64,000 bases of DNA from Gemmatimonadota bacterium (GTDB lineage Bacteria > JBHIER01 > G020348925), in the NCBI GenBank assembly GCA_020348925.1, contig CP070758.1, positions 1,506,469 to 1,570,468 of the forward strand. The letters run 5' to 3'. The notes under the pieces are model-generated. The model worked only from the letters and a program-made list of their open reading frames with translations. It was not told the origin of the DNA and did not search any database. Both the position numbers and the translations under genes were made by a program. Positions within the stretch are counted from its first letter, which is position 1; every line of letters begins with the position of its first letter. Positions 49,180 to 58,501 of this stretch are shown piece after piece.

Positions 49180-49836
49180 ATGAACGAAGCTTTGATTCTA
49201 TTGCAACGCGGTGGAATTGTCATGGTACCGCTGTTGATATGTTCCGTCACCGTGCTCGCTGTTGTCATCGAGAGGTCAATATCTTTAAGAAGGAAAAGGG
49301 TTCTCAGACCTGAAATCATCAATCTCATCGACACCATCAAGAAACCGGAAGATATTCCATTGGCCATATCAATTTGCCATAAAAATGACGGTCCCTTCGT
49401 GAACATCGTTCAATTCAGCCTGGAAAACGTGGACGTACCTAACGGAGAATTGACAGGACTTGTGTCCGAACAAGGGCGTCAGGAAGTTCGCTCTCTCGAG
49501 AAGGGCTTGGTTATTCTTGAAACAATTGCCGGCATTGCCCCTTTACTCGGGCTCTTGGGAACAGTCCTGGGAATGATCAAAGTCTTTACCGTCGTCTCGC
49601 AGCAGGGAGTCGGACAGGCACAAGCTCTTTCAGGAGGAATATCGGAAGCACTACTGACCACCGTCGTCGGCTTATCAATTGGTATACCAGCTCTGGTGGT
49701 TTTCAATCTTTTCACGAACAAAGCCGGAAGCATGGCCATGGATATTGAGAAATTTGTCTCACGTCTCCTTCGAAAATTGACTCGCTTTCAATCGAATGCC
49801 TTTGAGTGCAACACCCTTTCGACGGAGAATGTTTGA
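49180..49836 (+). CDS. exbB: MotA/TolQ/ExbB proton channel protein
   Basis: APLLGLLGTVLGMI, GISEALLTTVVGL. Confidence 0.9.
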   Translation: MNEALILLQRGGIVMVPLLICSVTVLAVVIERSISLRRKRVLRPEIINLIDTIKKPEDIPLAISICHKNDGPFVNIVQFSLENVDVPNGELTGLVSEQGRQEVRSLEKGLVILETIAGIAPLLGLLGTVLGMIKVFTVVSQQGVGQAQALSGGISEALLTTVVGLSIGIPALVVFNLFTNKAGSMAMDIEKFVSRLLRKLTRFQSNAFECNTLSTENV

Positions 49837-50258
49837 TGCAATTTGTCGAAAAAAAGCGGCGCAGAGTCATCATCAATATCACTTCACTTATTGACGTTCT
49901 CTTTCTTTTGTTGATCTTTTTTATCATGTCTTCAACGTTCACTGAACAACCGGGCATGAAATTGGAACTGCCTGAATCGCAATCGGCAACGTCCGAAAAA
50001 ATGAAAGAGCTTATCCTTGAAATGAAGGGGGACGGACGGATAACGCTGAATCAGGAACCTGCGAACCTTGAAAATTTGGAGGAATTGTTCAAGCGGGCAG
50101 TGCCCTCCCTTGAGGAGAAGACCCTCGTCATCAAGGCCGACAAGCACGTTCCGCATGGAGATGTCGTAGCCGTTATGGATATGGCAAAACTTAGCGGTTT
50201 AGAAAAATTGGTTATTGCCACGAAGGTCAAATCAAATGAGACGGATCCTTCGCTGTAA
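49836..50258 (+). CDS. exbD: ExbD/TolR biopolymer transport protein
   Basis: INITSLIDVLFLLLIFF, IKADKHVPHG. Confidence 0.9.
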   Translation: MQFVEKKRRRVIINITSLIDVLFLLLIFFIMSSTFTEQPGMKLELPESQSATSEKMKELILEMKGDGRITLNQEPANLENLEELFKRAVPSLEEKTLVIKADKHVPHGDVVAVMDMAKLSGLEKLVIATKVKSNETDPSL

Positions 50259-50410
50259 AGGAGCGCATTCGGTATAGCAAATCCAAATACAGAAAACGAA
50301 GGTCGAGGCCAAGGTTCAGGAAGAGAGCAAGACCATAACGCTGAAGGGAAGCAGGTTGTGATCTCGAGCTGACGAAAGTCTCGGAGCGAAGCACAGCCTA
50401 TCATTATCCT

Positions 50411-50444
50411 CAAAAAAAAGGCCGCCTCTCGAAAGAGGAGGCCT
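50411..50444 (-). terminator. Rho-independent terminator of the cold-shock gene
   Basis: aggcctcctc-tttcga-gaggcggcct followed by a T-run on the minus strand. Confidence 0.7.
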
Positions 50445-50465
50445 CTACTGGCCCGAAAAGTGGAG

Positions 50466-50666
50466 TTATACCTTCACCACTTTATCTGCCTTCAAGCCCT
50501 TAGAGTCTTCAATGATCTCGAACTCAACTTCCTGACCTTCCTTGAGAGTTTTGAAGCCCTCATCCTGGATGGCAGAAAAGTGGACGAAAACATCATCGCC
50601 AGACTCCTGTCCAATGAAGCCATATCCTTTCCGCTCATTGAACCACTTTACGCGTCCAACCGGCAT
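50466..50666 (-). CDS. cspA: Cold-shock protein
   Basis: [24 protein letters not shown]. Confidence 0.95.
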   Translation of the reverse strand: MPVGRVKWFNERKGYGFIGQESGDDVFVHFSAIQDEGFKTLKEGQEVEFEIIEDSKGLKADKVVKV

Positions 50667-50793
50667 CTAACTCTTCACCTCCCTTCAAACGGTGACAAAC
50701 AAACAACAAAACGGCCGACCATCGAACTTTGAACCCGTCGACCGTCTCTTCATTTAGTCGATGCCACGGTTTTCCTTCGAAAACCGTTCTGCA

Positions 50794-50822
50794 AATGTAC
50801 ATTTCACCCTAATAAATGTCAA
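50794..50822 (-). promoter_or_regulatory. Sigma-70 promoter of csp, giving a structured 5' UTR of about 120 nt
   Basis: TTGACA-17-TACATT; hairpin acggttttc...gaaaaccgt at 50766-50787. Confidence 0.55.
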
Positions 50823-50896
50823 GGAAATTTTTTGATTTTTTATCATATCAATAAGGATTCACCCCTTTGAAATACAGCGTTCCTGGTGTCCGACTA

Positions 50897-51421
50897 TTAA
50901 TCTTCGACAGCGACAGCATCCATACTTTTCCCCATCCGCACCGCCGGTATCTCTCCATCAGGATATCTGCAAACACTCTCCTTCATCTTCGAATACCCTA
51001 CCTTCTCCCAGAACCTCTGGTTGTATTTGGGTACGGCGGTATCAAGAATCAGCCTCGAGATGTTCGGATAATGTCCTGCAACCCACTTCTCCACGTACCT
51101 TACCAATCCCGTTCCAATTCCACACTTGACAGAACCCAGTTTGACATAGAGAAAAAGGATCTCAGCCGTCGACTCACCCAGTAGTCTTAAAGTACAGAAC
51201 GCAACCGGTTGGTCATCCACCACTGCAACAAAGGAATCCATAGCTCCTATCATACGACCGAATTCAGCGGAATTGTAAGCTTTGGCGCCCAGCTCCACCG
51301 CATGCGGTGACAATTCCTGACGAAACATCCGCGTGAAAGCCTCGTAACGCATGGCGAAACAGGCTTGCGCATCACTGGATTCGAAGGGACGAAAAACGAT
51401 TACTGGTTGACTGTCATCCAT
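50897..51421 (-). CDS. GNAT acetyltransferase
   Basis: AEILFLYV...GIGTGLV, NQRFWEKVGY. Confidence 0.8.
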   Translation of the reverse strand: MDDSQPVIVFRPFESSDAQACFAMRYEAFTRMFRQELSPHAVELGAKAYNSAEFGRMIGAMDSFVAVVDDQPVAFCTLRLLGESTAEILFLYVKLGSVKCGIGTGLVRYVEKWVAGHYPNISRLILDTAVPKYNQRFWEKVGYSKMKESVCRYPDGEIPAVRMGKSMDAVAVED

Positions 51422-51478
51422 AACTTGTATTCACCAAACCTTTTCTTTCTTGGAACAGGCGATTGTTTCGGATTTCTC

Positions 51479-52324
51479 TCACCTTGATTTCTTACCGATG
51501 GCAAGAAGATGGGAAGAGGCGCCAATGATGCTTGCATCCCCCTCAATCATTCGCATGAAATCCATCGCAGCACTCCAGGCACTTTCATCCTCTCTCAATG
51601 CATCTGTATTTTTTGTGAACCACAAGACCCCTTCCACGGCAAGCACTCGCACATCGAGAAATCCCGCTGATGCGATCTCATCGTTCAATTCGCTGGGATG
51701 TTGAAAATAGGCCTCGGTGAAATATTCAGGCTTCTCGGTCGGATTACGGTGACAGCTATCTCGCAAATCACCGGCGATGATATTTCGAAACGCAGGATCG
51801 TGTATATATCCACTGTACAATCCATCGATGAACGAAGCAAAACGGGAAATGGCAGCACATACTACAGCGCCTCCTGGACGAAGTACGCGAGAAGCCTCAC
51901 CCAACACCCCCAGACGCTCGTTCTTTTCCTGGAGATGATAGAGTGGTCCCATGAGCAAAACGACGTCGGCGTTGTCCGTTTGAAACGGTAAATTGCTCCC
52001 ATCACCGACACTCGCGCTCCACCATCGGTCTCCCGCGACCCGTTCCATCGCATCCCTTGCCTTCTCTACGTGATGGAGAACCAGATCTATGAGATGGACT
52101 TCATAGCCACGCTCCATGAGCCAACAGGCATAGGTGCCGGTCGCACCGCCCACATCAATGATCACTGCCGGTGGTTCTGGGAGATGTCTGTCCAGGATGT
52201 CGATGGTCCGCGTCCGCTCCAAGGACCCGATGTTCCGATCCAACCTGTCAGTTTCTGAAAATATTCTGGTGTAAAAGTCAATTATTCGTTGCGGAGCGTT
52301 CGTCACGTTCTTTTCCTTGCCCAT
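51479..52324 (-). CDS. Class I SAM-dependent methyltransferase
   Basis: IIDVGGATG, DVVLLMGPLYHL, RVLRPGG. Confidence 0.9.
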   Translation of the reverse strand: MGKEKNVTNAPQRIIDFYTRIFSETDRLDRNIGSLERTRTIDILDRHLPEPPAVIIDVGGATGTYACWLMERGYEVHLIDLVLHHVEKARDAMERVAGDRWWSASVGDGSNLPFQTDNADVVLLMGPLYHLQEKNERLGVLGEASRVLRPGGAVVCAAISRFASFIDGLYSGYIHDPAFRNIIAGDLRDSCHRNPTEKPEYFTEAYFQHPSELNDEIASAGFLDVRVLAVEGVLWFTKNTDALREDESAWSAAMDFMRMIEGDASIIGASSHLLAIGKKSR

Positions 52325-52381
52325 ATTATTCTTTTGAATGATGTGATTGTCCCGCGCTACCCTTCGAGATGAAAGACGAAT

Positions 52382-52879
52382 TTATGTATCACGTCTTAAT
52401 TTTTCCCCGGTACTGAGATAATGATTGATTGCCTCTTCCCAGTCCTCCAGATCACGGCAGAATATCATATCCAAATCTCTTTGATTCAAGAGATGCCCCG
52501 TGTCGGTCAATCCGGTATAGGTATACGTAATCTCCGCTCTTGTCCTCTGAGTATGGGTCTCTTCGCTGCATTGGATGGCTATCGTCCAAAGCCGCTCTGT
52601 TGTGAAAACCGTATACCCCATAAACGACTTCTTCGGTTCATAGTTGGATACGATCCACGTATAGTTTGTTTCCCCATGGCCGTGATGCGTTTTTGTTGTG
52701 AAAACCATGTGTTCCTCAACGGCATTTGTTTCAGAATACACGATCTCCGGGTTCCACCCATAAGCCCAGTTCATCTCTTTGATCGGACCAAACAATGGGA
52801 ACACATTTTTCAGGGATCCATTCAATGTTATTGTTCTCGTTTTTGAAATACGTTTCGATGGAAACTTCGGCACTTTCAT
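52382..52879 (-). CDS. Hypothetical protein (SRPBCC/START-like)
   Basis: VFPLFGPIKEMNWAYGW, C-terminal helix WEEAINHYL; AGGAG RBS. Confidence 0.7.
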   Translation of the reverse strand: MKVPKFPSKRISKTRTITLNGSLKNVFPLFGPIKEMNWAYGWNPEIVYSETNAVEEHMVFTTKTHHGHGETNYTWIVSNYEPKKSFMGYTVFTTERLWTIAIQCSEETHTQRTRAEITYTYTGLTDTGHLLNQRDLDMIFCRDLEDWEEAINHYLSTGEKLRRDT

Positions 52880-52961
52880 CTTCTCCTCCTTGAGCAGTCT
52901 TCAAAAGAGAATGATCTTCGCTCCCAATTACAATCCTGTTCCCAACAGGAATAGCTCGACA

Positions 52962-53324
52962 CTAAAAAGAAAAACTGACCACCTCTCCGGTTGCCGTGAA
53001 GAACCGGCTCGTAAAGTCCACGGCGGCCCGCTCATCAAATCCTTTGCATGTGTACAGCACAATTGAGAAAAACGCCTCCCCGGTCCAGACATACGCGGAA
53101 ATGCCCGAATCGACGAGCGGAACGAAGGCGTCGAACCCGGCATTCTCCCCCCTGCCCATCCCTGATACTGGAGAGTAAATTACCGGTTCCCCATAGGTGT
53201 TTAAATCGAGATGCTTCGCGACTCCACGAAGATAATGCTCAATGACCTCTTTCGTCATTTCGATCGAGTAGAATCCCTCGATCAGAAGTCGCTGCCTGAA
53301 AATGTTGGGGGCAATATTTTTCAT
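52962..53324 (-). CDS. S-adenosylmethionine decarboxylase-like protein
   Basis: FVPLVDSGISAYVW...YTCKGFD resembles the SpeD fold pattern. Confidence 0.6.
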   Translation of the reverse strand: MKNIAPNIFRQRLLIEGFYSIEMTKEVIEHYLRGVAKHLDLNTYGEPVIYSPVSGMGRGENAGFDAFVPLVDSGISAYVWTGEAFFSIVLYTCKGFDERAAVDFTSRFFTATGEVVSFSF

Positions 53325-53377
53325 CCGCTCTCCATTTCGAATGCAACAAAAATCCACAGCGGCGAAGCCGAAATCTA

Positions 53378-53620
53378 TCATCTACCATTGCCAGCGATAG
53401 CGCAGCAAAAACTCTTTTTATAGAGCAAATCTTGAGAAGGCTTCGGAACAAAACATTTCGCACCGACAGGGCAGAAAAACGTTTTATCACAATACATTTG
53501 GAATTCCGGGTTTGCGAAGAATTCGTGAGTCTGTGGCCTCGGCTTGAACGGATTCCAGAAGAATGCCTCAAAGAGCTTCTGTTCGAGGAATGGTACATCG
53601 TCTCCAGGGCGAATATTCAT
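53378..53620 (-). pseudogene. Probable truncated GNAT fragment
   Basis: IRPGDDVPFLEQKLFEAFFWNP resembles a GNAT N-terminus, then degenerates. Confidence 0.4.
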
Positions 53621-53657
53621 CGGACACTCAATTTCTTTTTTTCGGTCGATAGCTCGT

Positions 53658-53903
53658 TCAATCGATACGCCGGAGCTCGAGCGCTATTCCATTCGGGTCA
53701 GGACAGTGTATGACTGCATACCCCGGCTTACGCTCCCAAGAGAAATTCCCGTCGCACAGCAGCGTCATAACATAAGGTGCGATAGCATCCCACGCACCGA
53801 TACAGAGTCCGGCTGGCGTCTCCCAATCCACAACGAACCGGTCACCGGCTTTGTGGTGCCCGCCCTGACACTTACCCGACACTACGACAATTTCAACGGA
53901 CAT
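53658..53903 (-). CDS. TIGR04076-family small Cys protein
   Basis: GKC...HKAGDRF...GLCIGAWDAI...CPDP. Confidence 0.75.
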   Translation of the reverse strand: MSVEIVVVSGKCQGGHHKAGDRFVVDWETPAGLCIGAWDAIAPYVMTLLCDGNFSWERKPGYAVIHCPDPNGIALELRRID

Positions 53904-54299
53904 TTCTCGATTCGCTTTTCTTTCGTTCGCAAAGTGTCACAGACTTCATCCAGCGACTAAATGATCCCCCCAAACTCGCCAATGAATTTCCATTTATCTC
54001 AATGACCCCAGCACAATCTTTGAACGTGATGACCGCTTGCTGCAGGTCGCAATCGAACCTGCGGCATTCCATATTTTTGCCCGAAATGGGAGTAATCGCC
54101 TTTTGTGCGGCGGATGATGATACCACATCCTATCACTTGACAATAAGCTTCAATTCGAGCGAGCCTCGGATCAGATTCTTTCAATCCCGCAGGATGAGAA
54201 ATTTTGAAAATTGGAGGTTCTCCAATATCGTATTCGATCACGAATTCCTCACAACGATATTCCTGTTCTCATCCAAAAAACAAAAATTCTCTCGATCCT

Positions 54300-54689
54300 T
54301 TACTTTGTCCAGTCTCCGCGTCTCCAACTCTTTGCTGTCAGACGCTCAAGATCCTGGTAATATGTTGGATTATTATTGCCGCTATCCGCATTTTCTTTCA
54401 AAAGGTTGTACATATGTTTTGACAGAATCGCTCCAACAGCATGTACCGCATCGTGCCTGTCAAGCCCTTCCTCCATCAGTCTTGTCAGCGTTCGCTGCAC
54501 AGGAGTTTCGTCACCCAAAGCCGTTTGATTTTCCACAACAACGTGAAAAACAGAGTGAAGCCGTACGTTGGGAAGTTTAATACCAGCTTTTTGATGATAC
54601 TCCTCCACAAGCAAGGATCTCAGTTCTTCGTCGATTGACAGCCACTCTTTTGGATCCGGAGCCTCGTCCGGATCGTAGGATGATTTCAT
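54300..54689 (-). CDS. Hypothetical protein (DUF1841-like)
   Basis: LHSVFHVVVENQ, GLDRHDAVHA; GAGG RBS. Confidence 0.7.
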   Translation of the reverse strand: MKSSYDPDEAPDPKEWLSIDEELRSLLVEEYHQKAGIKLPNVRLHSVFHVVVENQTALGDETPVQRTLTRLMEEGLDRHDAVHAVGAILSKHMYNLLKENADSGNNNPTYYQDLERLTAKSWRRGDWTK

Positions 54690-55176
54690 GTTCACCTCGC
54701 CTTAAACGATGCTTCTAAAAAATAAGAATGATCCTCATTATCCGAAGAATCACTTGATTTAGCATTTTGATTGCTCATGTCGTTACTTCAGGAGCTCCGG
54801 CTTTCTGTTCAACGGATGTGAGCGGATCCTACATCTTCTCTTCCTCAAAAAAATCTTTCCCGTGTGTACGCATACCACCCCGGAATACTCTCCGGCATCA
54901 GGCGGCAACTTTTCGATCGAAGCGGAAAGGCGCTGTGTCTCTTTTCATAGTAGCTTCGCAGTGAATATATGTAATCGATAAAGCAACGTGCGCCCCAATG
55001 TCAGAGCTCAATTATATCAAAGCAACCATACATAGCGAAATTATGTTAAAATTAGACATGTTGATCCAAAATGTCAAGTGAAATGCGATTCGTATCCGAA
55101 TGGACAAAAAAGAGCCGGTTCATTTCGGACAGTCTGTTGTCATGAAGTAACTGTAATTGGCAACGGCGGACACATG

Positions 55177-56022
55177 TCAAGCATACGTCTCATGTAGGAA
55201 CACGTCGAAATTGAACCGCGGCGTATAGCCCAAGAGCATAATGGCCTTTTCAATAACATAGACCCGGTCTATTCTCTGAGGGATTGGCCAACCCTGCTTC
55301 TCGAAGCGTGCCTTCGCTGTCGGAAAACGACGATGAATGAGCATCCAAGGATCCCGCCATAAGAGGTTACAGTCGTCCTCCTCGAATGGCGATTGCGCCG
55401 AGAGATTGATAATCTCAAAACCGTTGAGCGGTGTCACCAGCGACAAGTAGTGTCCTTCGGCGACATCGCGGATATCCACTCCCCGGTAGAGGCGGTAGAA
55501 GGCCAGCAAATGCTCCGGCTCCGGAAAGCAGCGGGACATTCTTATGACGATGGTCGTCATGCCCTTTGCGGCAGCTCCCAGGCACAGTGATTCAGCTTTT
55601 AACTTCGTCGCATCATAGAGATCCTCCGGATTCGGTTCGAGCTCCTCGGTCACCCAGACGGCTGAATCCTGTGCACGGGTAGTACAGCCATAGACGGAGG
55701 TCGTGCTGGTCAGAACGAAGCGTTGCACCTCCGCCCTGAGCGAATGTTCGATAAGGAGACGAGTAGCCTCGACATTCACCTGCTCAAATTCCCTTGCTGA
55801 GCGGATCCCGACGTGAGGGGCGTGAAGAGCCGCCAAGTGAACAACGGCATCGACACCCACAAGCGCCCGAGCGAGCAGTTTTTCATTACGAATATCTCCG
55901 ACGTGAGTGGTACGAGGTCCTGGAGTGAGATCGAGACCGAAAACTTCTGCTTCCTCGGCAATCCGTTTTGCCACTGCATCTCCAATGCGACCGGAAGTGC
56001 CTGTTACCAAAACTTTCACCAC
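55177..56022 (-). CDS. NAD-dependent epimerase/dehydratase (extended SDR)
   Basis: VTGTSGRIG, HLAALH, YDATK. Confidence 0.9.
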   Translation of the reverse strand: MVKVLVTGTSGRIGDAVAKRIAEEAEVFGLDLTPGPRTTHVGDIRNEKLLARALVGVDAVVHLAALHAPHVGIRSAREFEQVNVEATRLLIEHSLRAEVQRFVLTSTTSVYGCTTRAQDSAVWVTEELEPNPEDLYDATKLKAESLCLGAAAKGMTTIVIRMSRCFPEPEHLLAFYRLYRGVDIRDVAEGHYLSLVTPLNGFEIINLSAQSPFEEDDCNLLWRDPWMLIHRRFPTAKARFEKQGWPIPQRIDRVYVIEKAIMLLGYTPRFNFDVFLHETYA

Positions 56023-56241
56023 AATATTCCGTCAGCGATTAAAGCCTTTTAGCGATAAAATCACAATACATATCAGAGCAGCTACACCATTCACAACCAA
56101 AGTCCAGGCAATGAGTACGCCCCTTGAACCTGTTTGCGACGGCGGCCGAAAACTGCAATGGAAACTGCATCAATACATCCCGCAATTGGAATAAAAATCA
56201 CCATAAAAGGACCGACTCTAAATTTTCGGCTCAAACCGGTT

Positions 56242-56949
56242 TCATTTTTCACTCTGGATGTCTTCAATTTTGATTCGGCGAAAGGCCACATCTGTGGCCG
56301 TTCCTACAAATAGGCCGGGGCGCCCATATTTCAAGTAATACGCCATTTTTTTCTCAAATACAAACCGGTCATCGATAAAGATCGAAAATCCATCTCCAAT
56401 CACTTCAACACGTGCCGAAAACCAATCATCTTGAGGAATAAAAACATCTCCTTTTTCTTGTTTCGAGTATGCTTCGGTCCACCAGGGAACGACTCCATGA
56501 GCAACGGGAACGTAAGCTACTGTGTTCCTTTCTTCAGCTCCTCCTGGCATGAACCAGACCACTTCATAGTTATCACAATCCTGCGCCCGAAGTGCAAATC
56601 CGAACCAACCCGCTCATTCCAAATTAATGTGAGTTGCCAGAAATTTCATCTCAACCGCCATTGCATAATCACGTTTTACCCCTCCAAGCAGAAGAACCTT
56701 GCCACGCACGTCATCAACCACTTTCCCAGTAAAAGGGTCTATCTCCTGGTTATACACATTATTCTTGAGTACTAAAACTTGCTCATTATCCAGAGTATCG
56801 ACTCGAAACAGATCAGAATTTTTCTCTAAAGGTATTTTATTCAAGTCCACATACCGGCTCGTATCCATCCGGGTTTCGCCCTTTTCGACCTGAGCAGCAG
56901 GAATTGAAAACAAGGTCACTATGCAAAGAACAATGATAGCGCGCTTCAT
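56242..56949 (-). pseudogene. Exported concanavalin/DUF1080-like protein interrupted by an in-frame TGA (56614-56616)
   Basis: ORFs 56614..57027 and 56242..56562 share a frame: HINLE*AGWFGFALRAQDCDNYEVVWFMP; signal peptide MKRAIIVLC after a GGAG RBS. Confidence 0.7.
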
Positions 56950-57023
56950 TTTTGGTCTCCTCTTGGTAACAGACATGCGCTCCATGATGATGGATACAGG
57001 GGGACTATCCCCATGTATCCCCG

Positions 57024-57536
57024 TCACGCTTCATCACGAAACTCAGGTCGATATTTGGCCACCCCGGAGACTCCCCGCATTCGCAACGTATCGAGCACCA
57101 AGATCATGAATGCATCATCAGGAACATCCCACTCGCACCGGATCCCGCACCGACTCGCCACTTCAAAACCGAATCGAGGATAATACTCAGGATGCCCTAA
57201 GACGATCACAAAAGGACAGCCTCTGTTTCTCAACTTCTCAACACCGGTTCTCACAAGCTCCGAGCCAACACCTTTTTTTTGGAACTCCGGCATCACGGCC
57301 ATGGGTGCCAGACCCATTCCCAGGACAGTCCTCTCATTGGCCTCAACAGTAACAGGACTGAAGAGGATGTGACCGACGATGCTATCCTCCTTCAATGCCA
57401 CCAGGGACAGCAGATCGTTACAGCTCCGGCGTAACGTGTCCACGATTTCCGCCTCCTGTGATTGACCGAAGGCCCGTACATGGATCTCTCTGATGGCATC
57501 TCTGTCCTGCGGTTGTTCCTCACGAATTCGAATCAT
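57024..57536 (-). CDS. GNAT acetyltransferase (YhbS-like)
   Basis: IVGHILFSP, LAPMAVMPEFQKKGVG, VLGHPEYYPRFGF. Confidence 0.92.
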   Translation of the reverse strand: MIRIREEQPQDRDAIREIHVRAFGQSQEAEIVDTLRRSCNDLLSLVALKEDSIVGHILFSPVTVEANERTVLGMGLAPMAVMPEFQKKGVGSELVRTGVEKLRNRGCPFVIVLGHPEYYPRFGFEVASRCGIRCEWDVPDDAFMILVLDTLRMRGVSGVAKYRPEFRDEA

Positions 57537-57769
57537 CTTCTTTCTCCAAAATCGCATCAAGGAACTATCATCACCCTCTCAAGCACTGTACACCTCTTTT
57601 GAACATAGGCACCATATTCATGGCTAAATTCCGCACAGTCTCCAATCCCCGGGGACCACACCGGCTTCCGGTCCGACGGTCCCGCTTCCGTTCTTTCCGA
57701 AGAGTTTCCAAATGAAATTCCACTGCCATCAAGTTTACGATTGCAGAGGGCATTTGTCTCCCTTCAAGA

Positions 57770-58408
57770 TTACGACTGTAAAGAGTAATCGAAATAACAG
57801 GAATCATCCCCTCTCATCAAGCACGTGTTCCGAGTTAAGACTATCTTTGGATTGAAGGTTCTGGCCACAGTGTAGTCCGCATGACATATGGCTGAATACC
57901 CAATGTCCGCCGCCTCAGCCTCTCGAAATGTCTTCGCCACAAGGCACTCCGTCATTGCAACGATCCCCGAAGCACCTGCTTTTTGAACGATTTCGATTGT
58001 CATGGCGCTGCTCCAGAATTGGCTCTTCGTCATGGGTATCCAAAAATGAGTGATAAGCGCATCGACATCTCTGTTTTGAACATCCTGGAACTGCGATCGA
58101 ACACTGTCAGAGTATATTTTTGACCCAACCTCCCTCAGCATTTCAAGGAACCGATCTTTTCCAATCTCCCCCTCCAATCCTTTCATATACCGTATATACC
58201 AACTTTTAAAGGCAAAGTTGAAGACCCGTTCGTACGACATACCCGAATCCTTTTGAAACTTGTGCTCCTCCTCTGGTTTTGAATCTTGATGAAAGAGAGT
58301 TTCAGCGACCGCTCCTTTGCAGCCCGCATACAATAGTGGAAGAGCCGACACTGATTTGAAAAGAAAATTTCTTCGAGTGTGACGATACGATGTTTCCCCT
58401 GTTCTCAT
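57770..58408 (-). CDS. L-2-amino-thiazoline-4-carboxylate hydrolase-like protein with Tat signal
   Basis: TRRNFL; TECLVAKTF, ICHADY, LMRGDDSCYF. Confidence 0.75.
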   Translation of the reverse strand: MRTGETSYRHTRRNFLFKSVSALPLLYAGCKGAVAETLFHQDSKPEEEHKFQKDSGMSYERVFNFAFKSWYIRYMKGLEGEIGKDRFLEMLREVGSKIYSDSVRSQFQDVQNRDVDALITHFWIPMTKSQFWSSAMTIEIVQKAGASGIVAMTECLVAKTFREAEAADIGYSAICHADYTVARTFNPKIVLTRNTCLMRGDDSCYFDYSLQS

Positions 58409-58501
58409 GACTGTTTCTCTCCTCTCGCTTTCAATAATTTAAAGATTCCCATCATCTCCGGATGCCTTCACTTCCCTTCTCCATACGACGATCTCTCTTC
58501 A

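Noticed and set aside
54700-55170. Riboswitch or ncRNA in the intergenic region
   Set aside because: No family motif recognised by eye; an Rfam/Infernal scan would be needed.
50897-58408. Integron cassette array
   Set aside because: I saw no RYYYAAC...GTTRRRY attC structures in the spacers I inspected, and there is no integrase.
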